This document shows positions 41,501 to 52,858 of a stretch of 64,000 bases of DNA, one piece after another. This stretch comes from Phoronis australis (Eukaryota; Animalia; Phoronida): the NCBI GenBank assembly GCA_002633005.1, contig NMRA01000384.1, positions 287,504-351,503 of the forward strand, written 5' to 3'. The position numbers and the translations under genes are program-made. Positions within the stretch are counted from its first letter, which is position 1, and each line of letters opens with the position of its first letter. Under the pieces are notes generated by a model, which was not told the origin of the DNA, ran no database searches, and worked only from the letters and a program-made list of their open reading frames with translations.

Positions 41501-44500
41501 AACCCAGCACCAAGGTGACAACGTCTCAATTATAAAATTGCTATTCTTTCATCCTCTTCTTTACAATTCACAGTCGATTATTCCAAAGTGGTTCTCATTC
41601 ATTCCCTTGCATACATTTATTCACTCACTAGTAACACCCCGCTCAGTCTCGGAGAGGTAACAGACAATTTTCTTCAATGGTCAATTGCATGCCAGTGAAA
41701 CCCAGGATTCGAACCTGAGTCTCACGAGCTCAAACCACTGAGCCACACTGTCTACAAATAATCAGAGACCTAACACTTTTTGAATGATTTGATATAATGC
41801 AAAAAATTCCAGTTTTATCACTGAAACTGGTATTTATCCATGGCTGAAACACGATTCACCAATGGGGATATGGGCGCCTGGGACTGACTGGCAAAGCACC
41901 TAATTTTGAATTAAAAAAGACCAAGTTATAATTAGCGGTTGTAGGATACATATTGATAATATTCTTACCAATCACTAACATCTAATCTCAACTCCTGCGC
42001 ACCTTCAGCCTGTTGACGTTCACAGGACGAACCCGCTGGGAGTGAGTCTTCGGCGACCAGAGAAAGGGCCGTGAAAGGGATTGAGGGAGAACGGCTCCAC
42101 TGCAGAAAAGCTGTAAACGCATATTGTTCCTCTGGGATCTGTCACCTCCACCTCCACGTCTGAAAGGTCGGAATCATCTGAAAAGTCCACCTGTCCGTCC
42201 CTGTATCGTTCAAAGTATTCCTCATCTACGCTGCTGTACTCACTTGGACACACATTGCTTCCTTTGTGTTCCCCAACACCACGTCATAGATGTGTAATGA
42301 ACGAAAATGGCACCGTTTCTATTCTCCGTTACAACAATGGCGTTACAACACCACGGCACTAAATATGTAAATAACTTTGTATAGCGGCGTACAATTCAGT
42401 TAATGTTAAGAATATAGCAATGATAATTATAAACTAGAATTTAGACCATATTGTTATTCAGATTGGTTTGGACCTTGCAATTTACTCTTTAAGTTTAACG
42501 GCGGCCATTTTGAATTATGAGATACCATCAAACAGCACATTTTAAAAGGAGAAAACCTATATTTCTCAACTGAATTATGCTCTCTGTTATTAGTTTCAGC
42601 TCTTTTTAATAAACTATCCCTCTTTCTAATCATGAATCTTTCATTTGCATGGTGGCCATCGGCAATGCATTTTCATTGAATGGTGGCCATCTTGGAAAAT
42701 GACTGCAATTACCTAATAAAGTCAACATTTTTTCTAATTAATTGTTGTTTTGCAAAATAATAAGCCTAAAATGTAGTATTCCATTGCAGGTTGCTATGGA
42801 AGTTTTAAAGACACAAATATCCCTTTTTCTCGGCCATTTTCCTATAACTTTTGTAAGCTCTAAATTTTCACTTTCCTTGCCTTGAAATGCAATACCTCGG
42901 ACATGTTTCATATATCAAAATGATAAAAAATACTGCATTTTCCGAAAAAATTTAACAAATACAAAACAACAAATCTTTACTTAAGACTCATGGTGTGGTG
43001 CTGGGTCACATTTATAATAAAATTACGCACTCAAAACATTTTGCACTCCATAGTGCAAATACAGTCCCCCTGGCTCTCCAACTAGAAGTGTCATCGTTTT
43101 TCTACTTACCTGCTTTGTTAACAAAAGTTCTTGCTGAGCAGCACTGCATGTATCACTAAGCTCTTTTGTTTCCTGAAAGGGGAGATATATCCTATAATAT
43201 TCACAACAGGAAAAGCACAATACCTTGACAGTTTCGGCTCCTATCAGCAGCAATCTTGCGACGTTATGGCTGCTGATAGGAGGTGAAACAGTCGAGGTAT
43301 TATGCTTTTCTGGTTGTGAAAATAAGGAACTATCAACTTGTGCTCTATCAACCTTATGAAATTATTTATTGAGTAATGATTTTACTCTATTACCTTGGTT
43401 TGCTCCGTGTAAATGACACGAGGCAAAGTTTGGTTAAGTTTTCACTATTTATATCACGGTGATCGGCTTACAAACAGAAAACGACAATTTTGGCAACAAT
43501 GTTCAGTTTATGCGAAGTACCTGAAGAAATTACCGTAAGTCAGGGTTTACCTGCAAGAAGGATGCTGTGGTCATGCGAGTAGCAATTTTTGGGTTTTGAT
43601 TACACTGAAACAATAGCTGGTAACAACGTGGGAAGATACCGACACCCCACTGATACCCACTGACAGCCCAACACTTAGGCACGCCCCTGATAAGATTTTT
43701 CTGCTGTAAGCAGTCTGTGATGAAAAATTACCCTAGATTTTTGGTATAGTGAAATCTCACCAATCACAGAAAAAAAGTAATTGCCAAAATTGCATTTGTT
43801 CATTTTTCAAGGTCTTCTCACACTGTTGTGAATCCCCAGTTTTTAAAGTATCTTTTACGAAAAACATGACAAAATAAAACTTCACTCATCCACTATATTC
43901 TAATTAGGCGAGAATTCAAACTACTAATTACCTTTTGCAATCTAGTCTGAATGTTTGCTAGCTCTTGGTCCTTCAAATCCAGGTTACCCGTCAGATTGAC
44001 GACATTGGATTTCTGCTCTGAAAGTTGATTTTCTAAAAAATAAAGACAAAGTTATGCACTCAACGAATGGAGGCGCTGGAATGATGCTGAACTAGTTTCT
44101 TAACACCATTCCTGCTAAACGTTTCGTCAATCAATTACTTGACAAATGTTAAAAAAATGTTGATGTGAGGCAAAAGAATATGGCTCAATTGAAAAAATTG
44201 AGATTCAGGCACCGGCTTTTTGAAGCATTTTGGATCAACTATTGATTAGTGAATGTTGCTTCTAAGCTTTCATTGTCGGTTGCAGCCAAATGAAAAATTG
44301 CACAAGCTTAAAAGGTGAAACCGACACTACCTTTTCCAAAAGAGTCCCTGGTTTGACCAAAAAAGCACAGCTGGTTGTTGTCTCGACCCTGACTCACTAT
44401 GAAACCTGCGCTCACCAAAAAAAAAAAAAAAAAAAAANACATCAGCAGGGTTTTCCAAGCGACAAGTAAAAGAAATGCAGCGTTAATTTTGCTCGTCTCA

Positions 44501-46819
44501 GATTTACTTTCCTTTTGAAAAGGTGAGAAACAATTAACGCATCACCAACTCTATCTTAAAAACAGAGACCACAATATACTGCACCTATCGTAGATACATT
44601 AACTTTTTAGCCATGTTAAGGACAACAAAAGAAAAGCAGAGCTTCCCAACAAATGCCTGCATTTTGTTGAGCAAGAATTTGCTTCCCTTGAGCCAACGCA
44701 CAGACTCGCAATTGTACACAGTCCATGTTGGTCTATGTGTTAGCTCAAAGGTGTTCACGCAGTACAGGTGTGTGATCATGATCAGACATGCAGTGTACAA
44801 ACATTAACCCTACCCAAGTCAGTAAGTTTCCGTTCCAGATGAGAGATGTTCTCTCTTGTATACTGCCTCTCATCCAGCTCCCTCTGAAGTATAAACAAGA
44901 GCAATGTATAGGGTTGGTACCGTAATCGTTTGGGTTAACGCCCTGGGCGGTTAAATTGGCGAATCCAAAAAATCGGGGGAGGGCGGTTAACCGAGCAGTG
45001 GGCGGTTAAATGGAAAATCCACCTAAAGTAGGGGATGGGCGGTTAACTGAGCATGGGCGTTAACCCGAACGATTACGGTATGTATCCACCATGTGCATGC
45101 AGTGCAGACACAAGGGATCACTATTTTAAATATTCCCACTAAATGCAGCAATACCAGTCAGCAAGGCTGTCCTCAATAGGAACAAACCTGACACATTTTC
45201 ACATCATTGTTCAAGCACTTAGGCAGACAGGTGAGTGGATGACACAAAGAGAATGGGTACAACAATAATTAACAGATAGGGGGCGCAAACAACAATAATT
45301 AAAAGATAGGAGGTGAAACACAGGTCAAATTTCTCTGAAAAGGGCAGGTGCTCTCATCCATGAGACAATAAACTTATTTGCCAAACTTCATGAACATACA
45401 TCAAGAAATTTTGCAGACATCAACGTAAATGCGAAGGAAACCAAAATTACTATTAAGCGACTCCAATGTAATTGTTTTTGTCGCATAGTTCATGTCAAAT
45501 ACACCCGCCACAAAAGAAACACAAACATTTCATGAAGATCTGTTTAGGGACTTGATAGACATCGAGCCACAGGCTAAAAACAAAATTGCCACCAGGGGAC
45601 AATACAGAAGTTGGTCTTCTCCAAAAATCATGTCAGCTATGCTCTACCCAGTAGTAACACATGGGTCATGTGGTATAGACCAAGGACATTACAAAACAAT
45701 TTAGTCACAGGTCATCACCACTATTTTCAATATGATCATTTCCCCGTTGACTTAATGTTCAGTAGGGGTGGCTCCAACCCATAAAATACCAATGGCCACC
45801 CTGCTTTCTTAAACCTGCACTCATTACTACCTTCATTGAGAGGAGAGCAGTATTCACTTCCTGTAGTTCGGCCTGCTTGTTAGTCACATCTAATCTCAAT
45901 GTCTCAAGTTCCACTTTAGCATCTGACAGCATCTGGAATTGTACTGCTGTTATGTTATGTTATGTTTAATTGTTCTACATTTCATGACTATGTATGAAAA
46001 TAAAGCTAGACAGAGTTCACAGGATTTGCCAATAAATCTTTTCTTTTTTATAGAAAAACATGACACATTCCCGAAACATACTTCCTGGCTTTCACCCTCC
46101 ATGCATACAATGTAATTACCATAAAGATTCCTGTCCACTTATAGGGACAGGAACTCCCTTCTCTTTAATGTGATACCTAAACATAAGTTTTCAGATGGCT
46201 GTTGTGAATGTAGTTTCCTGTACTCCAGTACATGTACATCTCATTATTTCCTCCAGGTTTACCTAATAAAACTGTTTGAGGTGTACGTCTAAGGACAACT
46301 CTTCATTTTTGAGTTCATATAAAACACCACTATTTTGTCCCAGAACACTTTCCTCAACTTGACAAAGCGAAAAAAATTATGCAAGCAATTCTCAGTTTCT
46401 TTATAAAAAGTATACAATTTTTTGGGAGAAAGTACAATGCACATCAAAAAAGAGTTTGTTCTCAAAATTCTGTGCATAATTTTCATTGCCACCATCCAAG
46501 TCCAACGTCTGAAGCACAAAAAATTGAACATTACTGTAAAAATTAGCTTTCTATTCTGTTACCGACCTACCTTCTAAAACCTAGCACAAGTTCCCATTTT
46601 TGTTACGATTTCAATAAACCCCATAGATAAAGACCTGCAAAAGTCCCGTTACGACGTATTTGTACCTCAGAAAACTAGCTGAATTTAGACACCAGCTGAT
46701 CATTCTGTTGCACCGTGTTGAAAGCAGACTGGAATTACAACGGTCTCCAAAAGCATGTCACTCACCTTGGCTAAACGACCCTCCTCTTTTTCAACTTCTC
46801 TTTTCAGCTTGTGGAGGGC
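26396..46819 (-). CDS. CNTRL: Centriolin (CEP110)-like coiled-coil protein, last 11 coding exons (~381 aa); 5' part lies upstream
   Basis: Exons 46766-46819, 44814-44883, 43932-44032, 43110-43172, 33421-33561, 32560-32640, 30240-30368, 28926-29036, 27919-28029, 26819-26995 and 26396-26503 splice in consistent phase into one open frame ending in TGA. The segment WKKEALRNKILQEQDQLKMQIRNQVTKHVEAIQTARVQSEGTLDSLRRKL matches the centriolin C-terminal pattern W..EALR.K....D.LK.Q.R....K..E.......Q.EGTL.SLRR, recalled from vertebrate CNTRL (no search run). Confidence 0.85.
26819..26995 (-). CDS. CNTRL: CNTRL-like penultimate exon VLSNSNSHSD...EGMQTQVEL
   Basis: atatccag / gtatgt, 177 nt; a gap-truncated duplicate lies at 27185-27356. 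Confidence 0.8.
26824..27544. repeat. 360-bp direct duplication across the n27184 gap (26824-27183 / 27185-27544)
   Basis: Near-identical copies differing by a few SNPs, joined at a single n. Confidence 0.85.
27919..28029 (-). CDS. CNTRL: CNTRL-like exon MQIRNQVTKHVEAIQTARVQSEGTLDSLRRKLYNLED
   Basis: ctttcag / gtgagt, 111 nt; carries the EGTL.SLRR motif. Confidence 0.9.
28926..29036 (-). CDS. CNTRL: CNTRL-like exon IRTHSEPSPAVLASTEPQDWKKEALRNKILQEQDQLK
   Basis: gtccctag / gtacac, 111 nt. Confidence 0.88.
30240..30368 (-). CDS. CNTRL: CNTRL-like exon EVAQGFQELDRSRLDTLGEVEDLHQQKERLQSHLEELKENMMS
   Basis: ctttccag / gtaagt, 129 nt. Confidence 0.9.
32560..32640 (-). CDS. CNTRL: CNTRL-like exon LLTQNEIMDKEEKLEQTLHKMKTNIEK
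   Basis: gttacag / gtaaga, 81 nt. Confidence 0.85.
33421..33561 (-). CDS. CNTRL: CNTRL-like exon ELKDVRQRSNSEIEDLESIAQQHCRRANRLSDELQTLQQEYMDAKNQ
   Basis: Acceptor attctag; probable GC donor CAG|gcaaga; 141 nt; heptad-rich. Confidence 0.8.
33748..35004 (-). mobile_element. Penelope-like retroelement, 5'-truncated: C-terminal reverse transcriptase + Cys-rich linker + GIY-YIG endonuclease (Neptune-like)
   Basis: 418-aa ORF with TAMGTRVAPTFANLFM, YIDD, FLDV and SCHP..CKKSLPYSLALRIRRICS; linker CNKTRCKMC; endonuclease NIIYLITCKKCSIQYVGQT...RFRNH...REQYWI..L.T..P.GLN. Confidence 0.95.
36662..37011. mobile_element. Fold-back MITE with TTAA TSD (piggyBac-like ends)
   Basis: ttaa|CACTTTCCATTT ... 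AAATGGAAAGTG|ttaa; nearly the whole 350 bp is an imperfect palindrome. Confidence 0.85.
38255..38905 (+). pseudogene. THAP-domain transposase remnant (internally deleted)
   Basis: With frameshifts and stops: MVQRCVCAN...EGMSPFKF*KDKHLAA*WQVFV...ICSYHFEDGYFD, matching THAP MxxxCxxxxC..FP.D......W...CS.HF. The 38820-38900 stretch PPMPTDGAPDVFKEDAVAQ resembles Kolobok transposase C-termini (weaker). No DDE core seen. Confidence 0.7.
40316..42255 (-). pseudogene. KolX / P2X7 cytoplasmic ballast (nanor-like) domain pseudogene, 2 exons (41969-42255, 40316-40719)
   Basis: A phase-2 intron (TG|gtaag...cttgcag|G) rebuilds RLDVSDW-CTWGNCQ....EERVCCQE...CIVEHGGF..V.IN..VL....RI*HVAYRQFQRWVHGHLGRTVRVVIPACAVACIRAFYP...QGF, the ballast/nanor signature; it carries in-frame stops and frameshifts. 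Confidence 0.88.
41691..41750 (-). mobile_element. tRNA-derived SINE head fragment
   Basis: Minus strand has A-box TGGCTCAGTGG and B-box GGTTCGAATCC; too short or deleted to form a tRNA cloverleaf. Confidence 0.55.
43110..43172 (-). CDS. CNTRL: CNTRL-like exon ETKELSDTCSAAQQELLLTKQ
   Basis: cctttcag / gtaagt, 63 nt, phase 0-0. Confidence 0.85.
43201..43319. repeat. ~50-bp-stem inverted repeat (hairpin)
   Basis: tcacaacaggaaaagcacaataccttgacagtttcggctcctatcagcagc ... gctgctgataggaggtgaaacagtcgaggtattatgcttttctggttgtga. Confidence 0.8.
43932..44032 (-). CDS. CNTRL: CNTRL-like exon (E)NQLSEQKSNVVNLTGNLDLKDQELANIQTRLQK
   Basis: ttttttag / gtaatt, 101 nt, phase 1-0, completes the codon from the previous exon. 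Confidence 0.85.
44814..44883 (-). CDS. CNTRL: CNTRL-like exon RELDERQYTRENISHLERKLTDL(E)
   Basis: cttcag / gtaggg, 70 nt, phase 0-1. Confidence 0.8.
44920..45078. mobile_element. Tc1/mariner-type MITE (partial relative at ~49961-50100)
   Basis: TA|CCGTAATCGTTtGGGTTAACGCCC ... GGGCGTTAACCCgAACGATTACGG|TA. Confidence 0.8.
46766..46819 (-). CDS. CNTRL: CNTRL-like exon ALHKLKREVEKEEGRLAK
   Basis: tttacag / gtgagt, 54 nt, phase 0-0. Confidence 0.8.
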
Positions 46820-49800
46820 CTGTAAATAGGCAGAAGTAACATGGCTCTACTTAAGAGATTGTGTTTAGTTTTAGGATATATTTCCTTAGTTCAAATTCAA
46901 TGCCTCGGTTGAAATTCCAAACATTCGACATGCAATTCTAAGATCTCGCTTGACCCAATTTCACATGCTGATGTGTAACGCGGTCAAAAGTGACAGGAAT
47001 AAAATATTCTTTCATTCACAAAACGTCGGGCATTTCAGTGTGAATTATTTTTCTTACAGCATGACAGTCGTAACCTGATAGCCTGATGGTTGCGAATGAT
47101 TTAGAAAAAATGGCGGAAAATCTCGTCACTAACAACACGTTACCACTAAATTGGAAAAGGGCTTTAAATTTGCAGACTGTAAACCATTCATCTGGCCATA
47201 CAAAATGTGTTAGGCGTGATGCTTCTGTGTGAGGGAAAAATAATTTTTGTGACTTTCAGTTTGACAACGAGTAAAACAGAATGTCAAAATAAATGGCTTC
47301 CTGTTGAATGTGAAACTTTCACACGTTGTGCTTAATACACTGTTCTCCAAAATTCTTAGAAATCGTTTTTTAAATGTTCCATTTTTGCACGAGAGCTATA
47401 AAAATAGGACTTACCAGTATATTTCTATGAAAAAATTATGCTGCATAAAACCAAACGACAATTAAATGAACCGTAAAAGAAATTTTACTTTGACTATTTT
47501 TATCGTACAAGACGTCAATATTCATCCTTTCTATTGCTATGAATTTGCATTTCTTTTTAATTTGTTAAAATCTCTTTAAAATCCATAGACACATAACTGA
47601 ATTAATGGCACGTTGGTAGAAAGTCAGAAATCTAACTCTATGGAATTTCTCCTTTCAGAAAGCATTTTCTAACATTGTAGATACTTGTATATGGCTAATA
47701 CTCCATTACTTGTCCATAAGGTAATACACGACATTAAATACATTTTCCTCAGTCAATTACTTTCACAGGTTTCAGTTTTCAGGCCGTTGCGGCAAAACAT
47801 ATATCAGGTTTCTCTGAACCATGAATAGCTTAGATCAAGTTCAGATCTCATCCTTGGCTCATTTTAAAATCTGAACTGACTGCTTTAATAAGAAAATGTA
47901 GGTCCTCATCAACTTATATAGTTTCATGTATTACGCTAAATATCAACAAACCAGTAAATTTTAACTGTCTGTCAAAGTATATAATTATTTTCTGAAGGAA
48001 GAAAGTCTTTAGAATTTAATTTTTGCGGACTTCATACCAACCTGTTATTCATTGGATCACATGTTTTTAGTAAATTTAGCAAACAGACAGGTACATCCAT
48101 TTCGAGAGCAAAACAACAGAAATAAATAACATGGTTCAACCTAATTTTGTTTGATAAAAACGTACAAGCCATTGAAATCTCAAAATTGTTAATACAGTTT
48201 CCTTATTTATCACTCCCTTTGATGCCACTATCCAGTTTTTTCATAAAACTCACAAATGTCCTACTTTACGATAGCCCTCATGGAAAAGGGAAAAATTTTA
48301 AAAACGACATTCCTAATGGCCCTTTCTGAGACATGATGTTCCTAAATTTGCCCATCTTGGCCATCTGTCGAGGGTCCCGCATAACATTAGAAAAACAAAA
48401 ATGTCTTCCTCCATCGAATTCGGCCAGTCACATTTTTAAAGCCCCCAAAAATGCATGCAGTTTAAGATTTATATACCACGGCTTGTTCAGTGAGGGTTAA
48501 GAATCTCTATAAGATTCAGTGCCGTGTAGGAAAATTTAATGCTTCCCATGCTACAAGAAACATAATCTTTTTCTATTTTTCCACATGGAAGCAATAATGT
48601 ATCAGTTGTCAAATTGCTTCATTTCTTCAATAATATGAACTGACTAGTTCACCAAACCTAACAGCCACAATTAGTCAAACACATTACTCCAGGTGATAAC
48701 GAATCCCATACCTAACACCATACGAAATTACAGTTGCTGTTAGTGAATTGATGACACGAGATTGACCAATCAGTGACTAGCTCTGTTTTCCCAAGATCCC
48801 ACACACACCAGCCAGTTATAAGAGCCAGAACTTGGTGGAATCTTTACAGGCAGTCTGGAGACAGCACGTTATAAAGATATGGCAATCTAATGCTGAAGAG
48901 ATGGTTAATGAATGAAGCTCCTGAGAAGAGGTCAGGTGAGTACACTTCGAACAAAAACAATCGATAAAATTGAACCCCTTTCATTTTCAGAGGCTTCCAA
49001 CAGTGTTGTGAAAGCTGAAACCTTCTCAAAACAGTATCCAATGATAGCTAATGGTGTAATTTAATTTGAAAAACAAGAAAGCAAGGTTTCATAAGTCTGC
49101 CATATATTACTACAGCCCAGTCATAACTTTAAGCTTGATAATGTAGACAAATGTCAAAATTTGGTTAATTTTGAAACATCAAACAGTATCTCAGAAATGG
49201 CTGATCAGCTGCATAATGAAACTTTCAGATACTGTGAAAATGCTGTCACAAATTATTTTTAAAACGTTCCACTCTTTTGAACGAGGGGCTATTAATTGGA
49301 AATCATGAAAAACTCTTTAAGTTGCATAAAACCAAAATTAAACGATATTTAAGAAAATTGTAACAGCAATTTTTGACATTCTGGGCTTGGCTATTCAAAA
49401 CCAATAGGTGGTAATAAAACACTTAATATTGTCTCAGCAATGACCATAAGCTCTGCTGTGTTTCTTTACACACTTCAGTTGCAACAGTTGTATGACTGAG
49501 AGCAGGATTCACAAAGAACTACTTTCACTGATATTGCCTGTCCATTTTAAAACCCCTATTATATGTGAATGACACCCGCAATTTAGAAGGGTTTGCAAAA
49601 TTCTAAGCCACTATGGGGACCAGTTACCCCTCGAAGCCCAAAACGGAGATCTCATCTTGAAAATTCACATAAAAATATCGATCACATTATTGATGACGTT
49701 GTTTTGCTATCTCAATGAAACTTCCCTGTTTGCTAAATTTTACTAAACAGACGTCGCATGACCTAATTAATCAACGGCAGATTGATAAAAGTCCAAAATC

Positions 49801-51629
49801 AAATTCTAGAAGCTCACTACTTTCAAAAATTACTGAGTTAAAATTTATATTTTCTGGATATTTTGCTAAATATAGATTTGTTGATTAGGTCGTACACCAC
49901 CTTAAGGCACAACTGCATTTTCATAGTGGTAAGTTTGATAAATTAGAAGACAATTTTATTACCGTAAACATTCGGGTTAACACCCTGGGTGGTTAAATTG
50001 GCCCGAACATTCAGGGATGTGTGGTTAACCAGACATGGGCACATAAACATGAAATTTCAAGAAATCGTGGGTGGGCGGTTAACCGAACATGGGTGCTTAT
50101 CACGACAGAAAACCACGAAGTGCGGTTAATTTTACCTAGAGATCTGAGTTCCATATAAAAGAAGCACTTGGAACGCATAGCACTTTTCAAAGAGCTTCAT
50201 CACGTCGCCAAATGACGGTAAAAATGTCATAACAGTGGATGACCCCAACAAAGGTTGTTGCCCTCAGATTAGTTATTTGCAATTGAATTTACAAAATTGC
50301 TGAGTAATAATCCCGTGCCGTCCTGCAGCCTTATAACTTTGTTAAGGCTGTAGTGCGCAGACGACCAGTGACCACACAATGCTCCAATTGGATTGCAACT
50401 ATTCTCGCACGGTGACAATGCAGAAGTGCGTGCGTGCAAGCTTCACGTGCTGCAGAGGTCACAGCAGACATCAAATTGACGGTTTAAGTCCCGTGCTAGC
50501 TGTCAAGTTCTGAGTCACAGAGCGGTTTTAGAACTAGTTGTAATAAAAGTTTGAAAAACTAATTCAGGTGTTTTTTGTGTTTAGCCTGTTTATACTCGAG
50601 ACTGCGTGACTCAATGACATTCTCAATGTATGGTTCTGTGGGTAACTGTTTCATATCAACAGCCCCATGCTGCTCACTTCCCGTTGCATGAAACATCATA
50701 ACGCAAAGAAAAGTATCTGGGTTAAGCGGACATGAGCCAGTCGTCAGACAAAAGTTACCGCACAGGAAGTACTCAAAAACAAGTATTTGATTAAGATTTT
50801 ATTTTAAAAAATACTAACACTATGACTGAGGATAGTAAACACGTACAAAAGAGTCCAAGGAAAAATTAGTCCGTACACCGTGTCTGCGTCAGTAAAAATA
50901 ATATGCAGACGAAGCCCAAATTATTCGGGTTACCGACATTCGTGCTTTGGGTGTGAAGAGCTCCTACCAGCAAACGTCCTTACCAAGTCAGTGTTGTTGC
51001 AACTGGGACTCCGGCACTCGACATAACAAACTGCAGGTCGTATTGGCGACGTGAAGTTTGGAAATGTGAGCCGAGATTATGGTCATCTTGTATCTATTCG
51101 CAACATGCGACCTGGAATTTTCAACGTTCTGCGGCACTGGTCAGTCTCGCTGTTTGCACGCAATGTTTCGGAAGACAATCGTGACTTGGAAATGTCGAAG
51201 TAATATAACGGCCTCTTTCAATATGCGTCTCATTTTTATGGCAAAAGGCAACGACGGGATTCATCGTCCAAACAACAGCAAGTTCCTCGTCAAGGACACA
51301 ATGGCGTTGGATGTAAAATCTGACAAGGACCACAACACAATACCAAGGGTCACCTTCATGATAAGTGACCTAAGACTTAAGGCAGAAATTTGGTCCCACG
51401 TTCCACGAAACTATTTAATATGAAAACTAACAAACTCACTTCAGCAAAAGGACAAAGTATCTGAGAATATACACATAACAGCTACTCTCATATTATTTCC
51501 AGGCTGACGTGCAACTAATTACTCGAGCATGTAAAAAAGTCACTAATACAAACTTGTTGTAATCGATGACTCACGTTTCTACCCTCATGTAAGGGTCTTT
51601 TTCAATGAGTGGATTAACTGTACTTTGTA

Positions 51630-52030
51630 ATGACCCACATCTAGAACGGGGTCATATACCCGGGGGAGCAGTAAACCATGGTCAAGGTTCATGGTAAGCT
51701 GTCTGTTCTTGATAGAAGACGGGTTCTTTAACTTTCCGAGAGAACAAATGATCCTCTCTGGCTAGAACATGGGCATTGCTCCTGTCCACAGTTAGGGCCG
51801 TGTTGGTGCGTTCACAATTAGTGGGTTTGTCCAACCTCAGGAGCGTTCCTTAATTCTTGTTCCCAGAAAGCATTTTTTTCCCCTATGAAGGTACGGGTGA
51901 GATTCTCTTTGCAGGCGGGTTGGTATACCACGCATGACATCTTGTCATTGGGATCGGGGTCATTAGGATGAACCAGTTTCTCATTAGTGGAGTTAATGGG
52001 CTCGTAGATCTGGGTCAACATTAAGCAGCA
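51630..52030 (-). mobile_element. Degraded Penelope-like (Poseidon-type) GIY-YIG 3' fragment
   Basis: KLVHPNDPDPNDKMSCVVYQPACKE..RTFIGE followed, after frameshifts, by HVLAREDHLFSRKVKE. Confidence 0.7.
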
Positions 52031-52789
52031 GGTAATCAACTCCGTGAAAAAGACCCGTAGATGAGGGTGGAAACCACTGAGTCATCAACTACAACAAGTT
52101 CGTGGTAAGTCAGATTTTTTACATGCTGAACATTGTCACGAACTGTGGAAAACCTTTTTTTATCCCAACCAATTACTTGACTAAACTTTTATTTAGCAAT
52201 TGTGAAGTGAGGGTGTAATACCAAGTGTTCAGTAACTTTCATGGAAGAGACACAAAACATGTTTTCAGGCCATTGCAATCCACAAACCAAGTAATTGACG
52301 AATGCAGTTGCGAATCAACCAGCCATCTCTAAGATTAGACGTCTAATTAATAACATCATAGCAGCCCTAGAAAAGTTGCGTTGTGCTAATCTGATATCAA
52401 TCAGAAGCCTAATCAATATTCGTCATTTCCAGAGTAATAAATTTTACCATACAAAATTTGTTGATTTCAGCAATTCTTCAAACAGACTTAGCTTTTGTCA
52501 ATACAGTGCACAAACTCATGAAGGCCGTTTTAATTGAAGGTTTTTCACGACTTGTGCCTACTCAAGCGGCACAGGTAAGGAACTAGTGCCATGTGATAGA
52601 AGACTCTAATAAGAGACAGTGGCCATTCTTATAAAAACTTGCTGGTGGTCTGATACACGTTGTACCACACGTGCACAGGCCACACATGTGAGCCCATTGA
52701 ACTTATCACCTGGAACCATTTTCATGCTTTATCAATATATAGAGAAAATCAAGGTGAGGAGCCAGAGATCTGCCTCAGGGGTTTAACAG

Positions 52790-52858
52790 TGTGCCCCAGT
52801 AAGACTCGAACTCACGACCTTAAGTAAAGAAAGTGGACACCTATCACACTATGACACA
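52790..52858 (-). mobile_element. Degenerate tRNA-derived SINE head
   Basis: Minus strand aaggtcgtGAGTTCGAGTCttac B-box-like motif. Confidence 0.4.

Larger units (their letters stand above)
37991..42488. mobile_element. Decayed Kolobok-type DNA transposon
   Basis: TTAA TSD (37987-37990, 42489-42492); 21-bp TIRs agtgtaatttgcaaggtccaa / agagtaaattgcaaggtccaa (19/21); convergent THAP-transposase remnant (+) and P2X7-ballast-like gene (-). Confidence 0.85.

Noticed and set aside
41691-41750. tRNA gene
   Set aside because: A and B boxes are present but the anticodon arm and acceptor stem are incomplete; treated as a SINE remnant.
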